Below are positions 1 to 13,109 of a stretch of 64,000 nt of DNA, in pieces. Position 1 is the first letter of the stretch. The number at the start of each line of letters is the position of its first letter. Source of the stretch: the human T2T-CHM13v2.0 reference genome, Homo sapiens; NCBI RefSeq assembly GCF_009914755.1, contig NC_060926.1, one strand, 5' to 3'. The position numbers were made by a program, and so were the translations under genes. The notes beneath the pieces were generated by a model that did no database searches, had not been told where the DNA came from, and was given only the letters and a program-made list of their open reading frames with translations.

Positions 1-1135
1 TGTTTTAAGAGGGGCCAAAAGCATAGGCAAAGGTTTGAAAGAAAATTGCTTAATGTGTGTCTAGAACAAGAATAAAGCAGAAAGATAAGTAAGGCTGAGG
101 GTATAGGTTGGGACTCTCAATGGTGAATGGGGAGGAGTGATGGGGGAAAGGAGCAGCGTTAGTGACTGCTATGCCTAGTCATGGCAGAGTCCCAGGTAAA
201 AGGGAATGCTGGTAACACTCACCCGGTCTTTATTTAAAATTTTGATATTTTGTTCATCATGGACTATTGACACTGATTTTAATTTTTAAAATATTTCATT
301 AAAGTACTGTTTATCTTAATAACTATTTTGGCCCTTCCTTACATTTTGTGCCCAAGATAAGTGCGTGAGCTGTCTCCCTCTAGTCATTGCCTGAGATGGA
401 GAGGGGAGATTTGAAGGAGGAAAGGAGTCTGGAGTTATGGGGAGGTGACAGAGGTGGGAGGCAGAGTAATGTTGGGAAGAGAAAGAAAGAGGAAAGAAGA
501 GAGGCAGGGGTGGGGCCTGATTTGCCTTTACAGGCATGAGGCTAGGGTCCCCTCTTGTCTCCTGAGGCAGGTTTAGGCCCAGCATGTGTCCTTCAGGTGG
601 TGGGTGGAGGCCTGGTATCCCACCCTGTAGCCTCACCTTTCAAGGGACAGAATGGAGCAGTTCTCAGCCTAGGCACCACTGACGGCCTCCAAGGTGTGGT
701 CATGGCCAGTGGGTTGGTTTATATGCTTGAAGCCTTCCTGATGCTAGACTAACCCTGGGCACTCTGCAGCCCCAGCTGCTGGGTCGCTGGCTGAGGGGTG
801 CTGCTGCTTCCAGGAAGCATGGAGGGAGACCTCCCTGGGCTAGCCTAGGCTGACATAGGCTGACCACCCCTCTCTCATTCCATATGCTTAAGCAGAGGTC
901 ACAGAGAGGACCCCAGCCTGGTCTCGTCATGTGTGTAATGCAGACTGTTGTGTTTCTGATAAGGGCCTGGCCTCTCCCAATGGAGCAGTAGATTGGGAGT
1001 GTGAAGGACTCAGGTGCCCCATTCCCACGGCTGGAGCCAAGACCAGAAGCCCATGTCAGGGTCCAAGTGGAGTGGTGTGGTGTGTGGGAGGGGGCCCTGT
1101 CTTGGCAGGACACAGCCCACATCTCAACTTCCTGA

Positions 1136-1327
<192 letters not shown>

Positions 1328-1571
1328 TAAATTGGGGCATCTTGGGTCTTGGGGTGGAGGAGCCAGACAGGATAACCCACAGTCTAGTGGGGGAGATGTG
1401 ACTGGCACTGTGAAGTCCGTATCTCTTGGAGCAAAACTGTATTCCTTAAATCTTGCATGTCTATGGGGGCATAGCCTCAGTTAGCCCTTCTTTAGCTGCT
1501 AAAGACTTGATCCCAACAGAAGCTCCTAGTTAAATGCTAAACAATTACGTCTAAGATCAGAAATCTACATG

Positions 1572-1822
1572 GCTTGAGCTCAGGAGTTTGAGACCAGTCT
1601 GGGCAACATAGCAAGACCCCATCTCTACAAAAAATAAAAAACTTAGCCAGGCATGGTAGTGCATGCCTGTGGTTCCAGATACTTGGGAGGCTGAGGTGGG
1701 AGGATCCCTTGAGCCTAGGAGTTTGAGCTTACAGTGATCTGTGATCAAACTACTGCACTCCAGCCTGGGTGACAGAGCAAAACCCTGTCTCAAAAAAAAA
1801 AAAAAAAAAAAAGAAAGAAAAA
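1572..1822 (+). mobile_element. 5'-truncated AluJ-type SINE with A-rich tail
   Basis: gcttgagctcaggagtttgagaccag...tgcactccagcctgggtgacagagcaaaaccctgtctc followed by a poly-A run. Confidence 0.9.
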
Positions 1823-1864
1823 GTAGAAATCTGTGTGTAAGCTCAGAAGATGCATTTGCTAATT

Positions 1865-2165
1865 CTTTTTTTTTTTTAAGATAAACTTTTACTTTGGAAT
1901 AATTTTAGATTTACTAAACAGTTACAGAGACAGTGCATAATTTCCACTTACTCAATTTCCCCCACTGGTAACCCCTTACTCAATTTCCCCCACTGGTATC
2001 ATCTTACCTAACCATGGGACATTTGTCAAAATGAAGAAATCATCATTGGTGCATTACGTTTAACCAAACTAGACTTTTTTTTAAAGGATTTCATGTTTTC
2101 CCACTAATGTCCTCTTACTAATGTCTCAGGATCCAATCTGTTATACGACATTGCATTTAGTAATT
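1865..2165 (-). mobile_element. Old L1M (L1MB/MC-like) 3' fragment
   Basis: T-run then aaactttttactttggaataattttagatttac...caggatccaatc...acattgcatttag; AT-rich. Confidence 0.55.
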
Positions 2166-2396
2166 AATTCTCTGTAAGTGTCCCACATGTGTTTGTAGCA
2201 AGAGCTAGAGGAAGAATGTAGACCCAAGATAGTAAAATGATTCCTGAAATCTGAGAACAAGGAAAGGAAGAATCAATGCCCATTGCATGGGAGTAATTCC
2301 TAGGCATCCTGAATTGCTGTTTGGATGTGAGCTTGTTTAGGCCAGAGAGGGGAGGATGCAGAGGGAGGGTGGCAGCTATTTCTCTCGCACCTGCAG

Positions 2397-2573
2397 AAGA
2401 CACCTACTGTTCCGATGTCATCAAGTCACATATTGCACTTATAAACCGGGGTCTGTTGAGTTAGTTGTGGTCACTCACCCTGCAGTGAGGACCCAGTCTC
2501 CTTGGGGAAATGCAGCTTTTGAAGGTGAACCAGCCCTGGCCAGTGATGAGCTCCCACCAAGCAGGGATTGGAG
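2397..2573 (+). other. DYSF: Latent pseudoexon PE44.1 (177 nt), non-mutant allele
   Basis: Acceptor tttctctcgcacctgcag|; end GAG|GGAAGT. Position 2575 = exon 44 +1249, matching the recalled c.4886+1249G>T variant. Confidence 0.9.
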
Positions 2574-3086
2574 GGAAGTGGTAGGTGGGAGAGAGGAACT
2601 CTGTATGAGTTCCAGGGGCTGGCGAGCTCCAGGGGCTGGCGCAGGGCCTCAGGCTAATGCTGATGGGGCAGTGGGCAGGGCCTGTTCCACAGTGGGTGGG
2701 GGTGTGTCAGGACTCAGGGGAGATAGGGGAGCCAGTGCAGGAACACACCCCTCCCATGCCTGTTTCCCCATCTCCCCCCAATCCTGGGCAAGCTGGTCTG
2801 CCTGGTGCTTTAAGCCTCCTTCAGATCACAACAGAAACCCTTCCATTCTATAACCCATGTGTCAGACGAACACAACGCATGAGGTGGTTTTTGTCACCAT
2901 GTATTCCATGGCGTTACCTTCTCCTTTCCCCTGAGGAAACTGACAGGCAGGTGACTTTTCTGCTCACATTGAGCTCAGCCACTTTAACTCACGAACCCAG
3001 TCTCAGGCCATAACCCACTGCCCATTTGTATGGAATCCCGAGCTCCCTGATGGCTCTAGGGGAGTGTGTCCCCTCTTTGGATGCAG

Positions 3087-3735
3087 TTGTGTGTGTATAT
3101 GTGTGTATGTATGTGTGTGTATGTGTGTATATGTGCACATATGTGCGTGCGTGTGTATGTATTTGTGTGTATGTGTGTGTATATGTGTATGTGTGTCTGT
3201 GTTCGTGTGTCTGTGTGGTGTGTGTATATATGTGTGCATGTGTATTTGTGTGTATACATGTGTGTAGGTGTATGCGTCTGTGTGTGTCTGTGTGTCTGTG
3301 TGGCATGTGTGTATTTTGTGTGTGTGTATGTGTCTCTGTGTCCATGTGTCCGTGTATGTGTGTGGTGTGTGTATATGTATGTGTGTTGTATGTATGTGTG
3401 TGTATGTGTATTTGTATATGTGTGCGTGTATGTGCATGTGTATTTGTATGTGTGTGTGTATGTGTGTTTGTGTCTGTGTGTCTGTGTGTGGTGTGTGTAT
3501 ATGTGCATTTGTGTATATGTGTGTGTATGTGTGTGTGTCTGTGTCCATGTATGTGTGTGTGTGTACGTGAGTACATTTGTGTGCCTGTGTGTGTATATGT
3601 GTGCACGTATGTGCATGTGTGTGTGTGTGCATATTTGTGTGTGTATGTCTGTGTCCATGTGTCTGCATATGTGTGTGGTGTGTGTATATTTGTGTATGTT
3701 TACGTGTGTGTGTGTGTGTGCGCGCACGCGCGTGG
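3087..3735 (+). repeat. Compound (TG)/(TATG)/(TCTG) microsatellite, about 650 bp
   Basis: Continuous alternating purine-pyrimidine tract ending (TG)nCGCGCACGCGCG. Confidence 0.97.
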
Positions 3736-4457
3736 TGTAGGGAAGGAAGGGCCCTGCCTTCCTCCCTTCCTGGTCCAGTGTTTCTCCCTTCCTGCTCTGG
3801 CTGACCTCTGAGGTTCTGACTCCTGCAGTGTCTGGGCTGGGGAGAGGGCCCGTCTCATGTGCCCACCACCGCTGTCATCCGGGTACTCTCTGGACCACGG
3901 ATGTTGAAAGCCGACTTATTTTCCTGTGGGTGCTTTCCAGAGGTTCCTCAGAGAGCCCCCCGTGAGCCCTCCCACTGCACTTTCTGGGATATGGCAGATG
4001 CTGCGTCCCTTTAGCTGCTGTCCCCAGCCCCTGGTTCTCAGATGGTCAACTCCACAATCTCTCGCTGCTACAACCCTCTGGGGGTCTCACAGGGCAGGAT
4101 TCAGAGCAGTTCCAGTCTGGCCTCAGAGTGGTTTCTTCTCCTCCCAGGAAGTCCTTGTGTTCCTTGCCCAGGCATGGGCCAGAGTGCAGCTCCTCCCAAA
4201 TGTGGCCCCTGCCCTCCTTCTCCATGCCACAAGTTGCTTAAGTTTCCCTGAGCATGCACCAGGTGCCAGGCTTGTGTCTCTCACCTGCAGGGAGCTCATT
4301 TTAGGGGGAGAAGGGAGAATACCTCTCCCTTTGATGCACATGGTAGATGGAGTTCTCAGATACAGCAAGAGCTCTCGCCAGAGAAATCTTTTCACAAATT
4401 CTCCCTCCATCCCATCCCAGAAGTGGATGTGAAGAGTCCAGAAAGCAGGTCCCAGGC

Positions 4458-4620
4458 CTGGAGTTTCCAGTCATCGGTAAATTCCAAAGCTCTGGCCCCT
4501 TGCTCTGGAGTACCAGTCGTCGGTAAATTGGAGTCCCCCAATTTACCGGGAGTCCTCCCTGGACTGGAGGTACCAGTCGTCGGTAAATTCCAAAGCTCTG
4601 GCCCCTGGCTCTGGAGTTTC
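4458..4620. repeat. Complex local duplication with inverted inserts
   Basis: 44-bp copies at 4467-4510 and 4573-4616 (2 mismatches), partial copy 4511-4529, inverted copy 4538-4548. Confidence 0.9.
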
Positions 4621-4836
4621 ACATCTCTTGCATCTGTTGTCTCCTGGTGTCGTGGTCAAAGCTTCAGTTTTAATGTGCATTTCCAATTCATTCTTTCGGT
4701 CTGTGGTCCATCAGGCAGGCACTTGCCTTATGCCCAGCACAGTTTATTTGGGAAAGTCCTGTCCCCCTTCCCCCTACACACACACTCAGGCCCAGTACAG
4801 CAGTGCTGTGGGTGGTTGGGCCTGTAAGATCTGTAG

Positions 4837-5175
<339 letters not shown>

Positions 5176-5189
5176 TGACAACACACCAC

Positions 5190-5350
5190 CACTGAGCACT
5201 TACTGTGTGCCAGCCCTGGGCTTAGCACTTCCTAGGCATTCTCTCATTGAGTCCAATGGGAGTCCTATCCCCACTCCACAGATGAAGAAACTGAAGCCCA
5301 GAGATGTTATTGCTTGTAAGTGGTGGAATTAGGATTTGAACCAAGAACCT
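5190..5350 (-). mobile_element. MIR
   Basis: actgagcacttactgtgtgccag...cagatgaagaaactgaagcccagaga...ggatttgaacc. Confidence 0.75.
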
Positions 5351-5796
5351 GGCTCATCACATTGTTATAATCCAGTTATCTGTAATGCACATAGAAGGCC
5401 TAGAGAGGGCTAGGTACCTGGAAAGGGAGAGAGGGAAGGAAGGCAGGAAAGAAGCAGGGGAAACAGATGAGAGGACATGTGTGCTGCAACTGGGCCCGAA
5501 GGGGAATTTTGTGATGGTTTATGTCAGGGGAATGCATGTGAGGACTGCACCCCTCTTCCCACCATCTCAAGTCTTCTCTGGGTCTGATTATCTAACTCTG
5601 GAAATTGAAAACATTTAAGTTGCAATTCCGTACTTAAATGAGTCCTTTTCTCTCTGAGCCTCCATTTCTCCATCTGTAAAATGGGGATGCCCAGTCATGG
5701 TGAGCAATCAGATGGGACACCCACTGTAAAAGCAAGGAGTGGGCAATGCTGTACATGGGGGTACACCAGTCCCTGCATGCCCCTCTACCCTCATGA

Positions 5797-6060
<264 letters not shown>

Positions 6061-7409
6061 TAAAAGACCCAAGCGGACATAACCCACAGCAGCAGGCTGT
6101 GGGTCTCTCCAGGGCAGCACAGATGGGCTCCACTTGCACTTGGTACTTTGAGGATCAGTACTGACCTGTGATGCCACTGTGAAAATTAGAGGTCAGGGCA
6201 CAGCCAGGGTCAGAGTGCAGTCCAAGGCCAGGTTGGGGCCCATCCGAGGGCAAGATCAGAGGTGAGTCTGAAGCCAGTGTCAGGGTCAGAGTTAGGCTCA
6301 GTCTCTTTCTGGCATTGGCTGGTCTGACTCTGGTTGGAGTTTGGGGTACAGTCCACTTCTCAGAAACAGTTTTCTACTTGAATTGCACCAGCCTGGCAGC
6401 TTGACCCTGATGGTATCTTCCAAGCTCCCCACTGACAGCCCATGCATCTAAAGGATCCCAAGGCAGGCAGGCCTTGTAGTGCCCCCAGTCCTGCCCAGGG
6501 TCCTGCCCAGCTCTCCTGGCTGAGAATCCCGCCACATGCTCTCCGTGTGTCTGAGATGCCCGCAGGCCTGCATCACCCACTCAGAGCAGCTCAGACTCCC
6601 CAGAGGTGTTTACAGGCCCAGCTGGCCCCTTGCCTCCTGGTTGCTTCAGAGATGTTTGATGTCAGAGCTGGTGCCAAGGTTATAAAAGGGAAATGATGGC
6701 TTTGATGCCCCCATCCCCCACCCCCTCCTCCTTCTCATTCTGTTTTCCTGACTCTCCCAGGTCATGGCTGAGCCAGGCTCGGCCATAAGGCGCCCCCAGC
6801 CCTGCCCCCCTTCATTCCCTTTTCCCATAGAATGAGCATCTGTTTTCGGGGGAGTCTCATTTCCTTCTACTAGTCTGTGAGCAACTTTAGCACAGGGCCA
6901 TGGCTCATGGTCATAAAGTCATAGGAAACAAAAGCCAGAAAGCTAGAGATGGTGAGGTCCAACATCTGCCTGCTTTTACAGATGAGGCTGGTAAGACCAA
7001 GAGTGGTGAACGACCTGCCCAACGTCACCCAACCAGCTAGGGGCAGAGCCAGGTTCCTGGCCCTGTGTGCCTTCTGAGGTGCATGCCTCTTCCTTTGAGG
7101 CCCCTACTGAAATGGGCAGGGCAGGTCTGATGGGTGAACACATGTGTGTGTACATATAGGTGTGCATGAGCACACCTGGGTACATGTACAGATGTGTGTG
7201 TCCACCATCAGCTCCCAAAGCCAAGGCCTTTGACATAGTGGGCTCCAAGTTCATGTTGTTGGATGGTTGGCCAGGCTTCTCTGGGTCAGGAATACCCCAT
7301 GTCTTCTCCCCACCTGTAGCACCAGTTTTTGACCCATTCCCTAGCAGGGAGGAGCTGTACCTGGGACGCACCTGGGGACAGGCACCTAGGTTCATGCCTA
7401 GTCACGCAC

Positions 7410-7610
7410 CTTTCCTAAGTGAGCATGTGATCTCAGCTGCTCTGCTGCTAGTTGTGTGGCTTCTCTGTGCCTCAGATTTCTCTTCTATAAAATGGGGATA
7501 ATAACAGCACTCAGCTTCTAGGATCCTCATGAAGACTAAATATGTTAATAGCTTGAAGAACAGTGTGTGGCACGTGGTTCCTGCTCTGGAAGTGTTTGCT
7601 GTTATTGCTA
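7410..7610 (+). mobile_element. MIR
   Basis: ctctgtgcctcagatttctcttctataaaatggggataataacagc core. Confidence 0.75.
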
Positions 7611-7966
7611 TTATTTTAGCTACTGCTAATAGTAGAACAACTTAAGTGAACGAGAGCATAATACTAACAGCACTAAGATGCCAAATCTAGGAGTAAAGGT
7701 TGCTGAGGCTTAGAGTTGGGAGCAGTCAGGGAGAGCTTCCTGGAAGAAGTAGGCTTTGGAGACAGGAGGATTTGTATGGTGGAAAATAGGAATAAAAACT
7801 ATAGAACAGGCTTGGTAGAAATGATGGCAATGGGGAATCTGGATTTTAAGCCTGGAGCTAGTGGACAGCAAGATTTCCCCTATCAAAAGTGAGACATGAG
7901 GACCAGAAAAAGTGCATCTGTGCTGGGGGTGAGGCTGCGGGGGTTAGAGCTTCTTATGACTCTTAG

Positions 7967-8203
<237 letters not shown>

Positions 8204-9393
8204 TGACCCTTGGGTCCCAGAGTCCTCGAACTCCAGAAAGCCCCAACCCCAGGGACAACATGGATATCCCAGAGGAGCCAGTGGGTCCCTTGAGATTTGG
8301 TCAATCCTTCCTTGACCCATTTCTTCACAGTCTGAGTGCGGCCATGGTTGGCCTGGGAGGGGATCTTTAGGTCCTGGCTTCCTCTGGCTGCCTCCATCCC
8401 TCAGGGCCTGCGAAACGAGGCTGAGCTTCTCCCCTCACCCCTGTAGGCCTGGCCTCCGACCTCTCCTTGTCATCCTGAAGCCTCTCTGTTTCAGCCTGAC
8501 TTCAGGTTGGATTCCCCCATCCAACCACTATCTGTCAGTGACTCAGTCTCAGATGCCCGGCCCTGTGCTGGGTGGCTGTGGGGTATGCAGCCAGGGTGGC
8601 CCTGGCATCCTATGACCAAATGACAAAGCCACCCACAGAGAGCAGTCCTCAGTGGGAGGGGAATCCTCCCACGCTGAAGGGCGGGGACCACAGAGACAGC
8701 AGCCTTGGGATGGTGACAGGGAGGGCTTCCTGGAAGAGGTGAGCTCAGAGCTGGGTTTTGGAAGAGGAGAAGGGGAGACAAGGTTATAGGCAAAGAGAAA
8801 GGCCAAAGTGAGCCATGAGGATGCCTTTGTGAATGCCAGAGGACATTACCTCTGTTGTTTGGAACTGAGCTCTCTCTCCACCTAGGTGGTTTGGCTACCG
8901 GCCTCCCCAAAGTGGCACAACAGGTGTGGAAACTTCAGCTCTTTCATCTTCTAGTTCTGTGACCCTGCAGAAGTGACTTAATTGAATTACTTCAATTCCT
9001 GCTCCTTCTGCTCTAAGATGAGACAAATTCACACCTCGCTTGCAGAGAGGGAGGAGGATAAGGGGTGGGCAGGGAGAGTGATGTCCTGCCATGGAAGCCT
9101 TCTGAGCCCTCCATAACTGAACGGTGCTCTTTGACACGCCACGACTGTGCACATGCCATTCCCCTGGCTGCCAAGACTCAGCTCAGCCACCACCATCTCT
9201 GAGAAGCCCACCCTGACCCTTGACCCCCAGGCACAGGCCCAAGTCAGAGGCCTGTGGGGCAGTGGTCACCTCTGCGGTTGACCCTGTAGTCCCCTGTTTA
9301 GGGCAGTGAGGCTTTCTCTGGAAGGGCCTGGGTTTCTCTGTTCTGTGCCCTCAGCATCTGGCCCAGAGCAGGTGCTTGGTAACAGCTGGTTAA

Positions 9394-9522
<129 letters not shown>

Positions 9523-9790
9523 TGACTTGCCCAGCCACAGGCTCTGAGCTGGGCTGAGGGGTGGGGGCGTTGCAGCCTGCTGTGGGCGGGACTAGGCGGT
9601 TGCTCTTTTCTGCCGGGCTTCAGGCTATTTGGGCCATGGAATACAGTTCTCGTTTGGGCCTGGGCCAGTGTCCAGCCAGGCAGGCATCGAGTCCTCTTGG
9701 ACCAGTCTGCTTCTTGGCTTCTTGGCTTCTTAAGGCCTTCCCATCCTTTGGTAGGAAATCTAGGTGGATTAGAGTGATACCTTTCCCCAG

Positions 9791-9886
9791 GTTTTTCCTG
9801 CGTTGTATTATCTGGAATACCAGAGATGTGATCCTGGATGACCTGAGCCTCACGGGGGAGAAGATGAGCGACATTTATGTGAAAGG
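9791..9886 (+). CDS. DYSF: DYSF exon 49 (96 nt), start of last C2 domain: [32 protein letters not shown]
   Basis: ctttccccag|GTTTTT ... GTGAAAGG|gtaggg. Confidence 0.97.
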
Positions 9887-10221
9887 GTAGGGAGCCAGCG
9901 TCCTCTTGCCTGTCCAGCTTCCCGCAGCTCCCGTGCTCCCTCTGGGTTGTGCACAGCACGGGGGGCTCTGGCTCAGGGAAGGGAAGAACAAACAAACTTC
10001 CAACGAGGGCTCCTGGGGGTGGTCCCTGCCTTTGGGGAAATCGCTCTCCCACCAGATTTCTTTTTCTGCACTGAACTTTGGGTTGAACTTACAAGTTTAG
10101 TGGCTGGGAAGTTAGAATGTTTTCAAATTTATGGCACATTTTGTACATCGTGCCGATTTCCTGGGAATTCTTTTTGCGATAAGCTCATTTACCTTCTTAA
10201 CTCCTTGTCTGCCTAAGTTGA

Positions 10222-10485
<264 letters not shown>

Positions 10486-10489
10486 TGAC

Positions 10490-10910
10490 CACCACGTCCC
10501 TGCCTGGCAACTGTCACAATCTCACTGCTGCCCCACCATGTTGGAGCTACCACTGCCATCTCCACATGGCCACCACCTCCACTGTCCCAGCACTGCCAGT
10601 GTCACCACCACTGCTGTCTCAGCGTTGTGTGATGGCCTCTGTCCCATCACAGCCAATGTCACCGTGGCTGCTGTTCCATCACTACTGGTGTTATCACAAC
10701 TGTTGCCTCCTCACTGCCAAATGTCACCACCACTGTTCTGTCATTCATGGCACTACCGTGGTCCCACCCCTGCTGTCATTACCCCCAAAGCCACCTCCAC
10801 CATCTCTGCATCCACCCCTTTTCCACTCTCTTCCACCATCTTTCCCATCCCCAGCCCTGCCGCCACCCCATGGCCACCTCATGATCACACAGTGCCATAT
10901 CCATCATTTG
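10490..10910 (+). repeat. CAC/CCA-rich low-complexity tract
   Basis: Degenerate caccac/cactgc/tgtcac units directly after exon 50. Confidence 0.6.
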
Positions 10911-13109
10911 CAGCTAAATCCAGATCCCAAAGTCACTGCCTCCCTCCCTACCTCAGACAAGTTAAGCAGCAGGAAGGACCATGGGGTCTGAGTGGGTAGA
11001 GTAGGGACACCCAGCATGGCCTTCAAAAGGGCAGTGGGGCAGACCCCATGGGGGAGCTTCCCAAGAAGGCCAGTCTGGCCTATAGATCATGGTGTCCACA
11101 GGATTGGGAGTTGCTTGGCTAAGTCTTTCTCATATCCCATTTTCCACATCTGTGCCTATGGTCACCGTCCAAGCTAGGTCACAGTCCAAGTGTGCCTGCA
11201 AGGCCCACAGCCATCACCCTCCTCTCTCCACTCCCACCTCTCACTACAGGCCAAAGGCACCTAGGGAGACCTGGCTTGCATCAGCCAGAGGGGAGGCTGG
11301 ATTTGGGGACCTCGGTCTCTGTGTCTCAGCATCTGCTAGTTTAGGTCTCATCTGGGGCGTCAACTTTTTACCCCTGAACTAGGCAGAACTCGAGGACAGC
11401 CAGCCTCTTCCTGGTAGGACCAGGCCTGCCCTCAGAGAGCAGCCCCCAGAGCACAGAATGGGTGCTGAGGGCAGTGGAGACTTCAGGGCTATGCTGGTTA
11501 GAGGCAGAGGGGTCTCTGCTGTAGCTTCTGGCCATCCTTGTCCCACCCGGCATTAAATTCCACCCTGAGGTGCTCTCCAACTCAAGGGGGTAAATGCCTC
11601 TCTGGCATCTAGATTCTGCTGGCCCGATTTCCTTCCAGAGGTGGCTCAAGGCTTTAAGCCTCAAAGCTCCTATGACTCCTTGTCTCCTGAAAGGAAGGGG
11701 ATATATGACGCGTTCCAGTGCCTGCATTTTCTTGATTCTCTTCATTACATCCCCTCTGCATGGCCCTTCCCAGCCTAACATGCAGGATCATCTGCACATT
11801 AGAGAAAGCAAAATGTTCCGCGGAACATTCTGAAACCATGAAACAAAAGAAAACATGGATTCAACAGGGTTAAGTGGATCCCTTTACCGAGCCATTGCTG
11901 TGGAGTGACTGGCAGAAAGCAGAATTGAGCAACAGGGTTCTGGGAGGTCAAGGAAAGCATGGGCCGTTTGCAGGTTGAGCCTCATTTGCTGCTGTTCAGT
12001 GTGCTTCCCTGACATGAGCCTGTTTCCATCAGAAAGCCAAGGTTGCATCTGCCCCAAGACACAGCACTGCCCCAGCCAGCTCTGCTGCAGACAGAGGGAG
12101 AGGGGGCCTGGGAGTGGAGAGGGAGGGCTGCGCCCCCCGTGGCACCCCCAGGGCTCACCTACAAGGGCTGGAGACTGAGACCGAGAGGAATGGGAGGTGG
12201 GACAGCCCCTTCCTCATGACAGGTGGAGATGTGGATTAGGAGTGGCTGTTTTGTCTCTGAAGTAAGAGGAGAGATGATCTGGTACTGGGGCAGGTGACTT
12301 GAGACCAGTGGAAAAGGCTGGAAAGAGCTGCTATGAGTGACAGTGAGGGAGGGACACAGAGAGATGGGGAGGGAATGTGACTGGCAGCACAGAGAGGGTT
12401 ACCCGGCAGTTCTGGGGACCCAGTTGTGGTTGCTGATTAAGAATTTGGGGTGGCTCCATTCTGGCAATGTTGTGGTTTTGTCTCTGCATCATAGGGCCTG
12501 GTCAGGAGGAAGGAAGAAGGGGAGAGTGGGGCCAACCCGTGGGCGAGTTCCAGAGGAAGACAGGGGTCGAGGATATGGAAGGGACTGCCTGATGGCCAAG
12601 AGGGTCTTGGTCAGACTTGGGAGAATGAGAAGCCCACAGGGGAGCAGGGGTGGAGAGGAGGAAGAGAGGTCAGAGAGTGGAAGGAGAGGCTCACTGGGAG
12701 GGAAGGCCAGAGGGGAAGGGACGTTCTCCGTGATGCCAGACTCTGGGGAGAAGGTGGCTGGAAGGAGGGGCGGAGAAGGTCAGAAGAGGAGGCTGAGAAA
12801 CAGAAACAGAGGCCACGTGGCTCTGAAGTCAACCAGAGGTGGGAGACAGAAACTGGCTCGGCCGAAGGCGGAGACAGAAACTGGCTTGGCCGAAGGCAGA
12901 GCCAGAGGGTCCCTCTTGGAGTGAAGGGACCCTGGGAGGCAGGCAGAGCAGTGGCCACAGTGGGGCACCAGTTAGCTGGGTTGGGCTGAAGGATCGAGTC
13001 TGGATGGGTTCGTGCAGGGGCACTGCACAGCCTCTGGGCTCCCTGGGCCTGCCACGGAGCCAGCCCTCTGCCGTGGGGTTCAGGGCCTCTGGCAGGCAGG
13101 CCCTCCAGG

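Noticed and set aside
2989-3811. Stack of 200-260 aa ORFs rich in H/T or V/C/Y on both strands
   Set aside because: Translations of the TG microsatellite; stop-poor by composition and intronic.
4467-4616. Three similar repeats with spacers and a hairpin, superficially like a mini CRISPR array
   Set aside because: Human intron, no cas genes, unequal repeats, and the spacers are copies of the repeat itself; better explained as a repair or duplication scar.
10538-10999. Pro/Thr/His-rich mucin-like ORFs
   Set aside because: Product of a CAC-rich low-complexity intronic tract.
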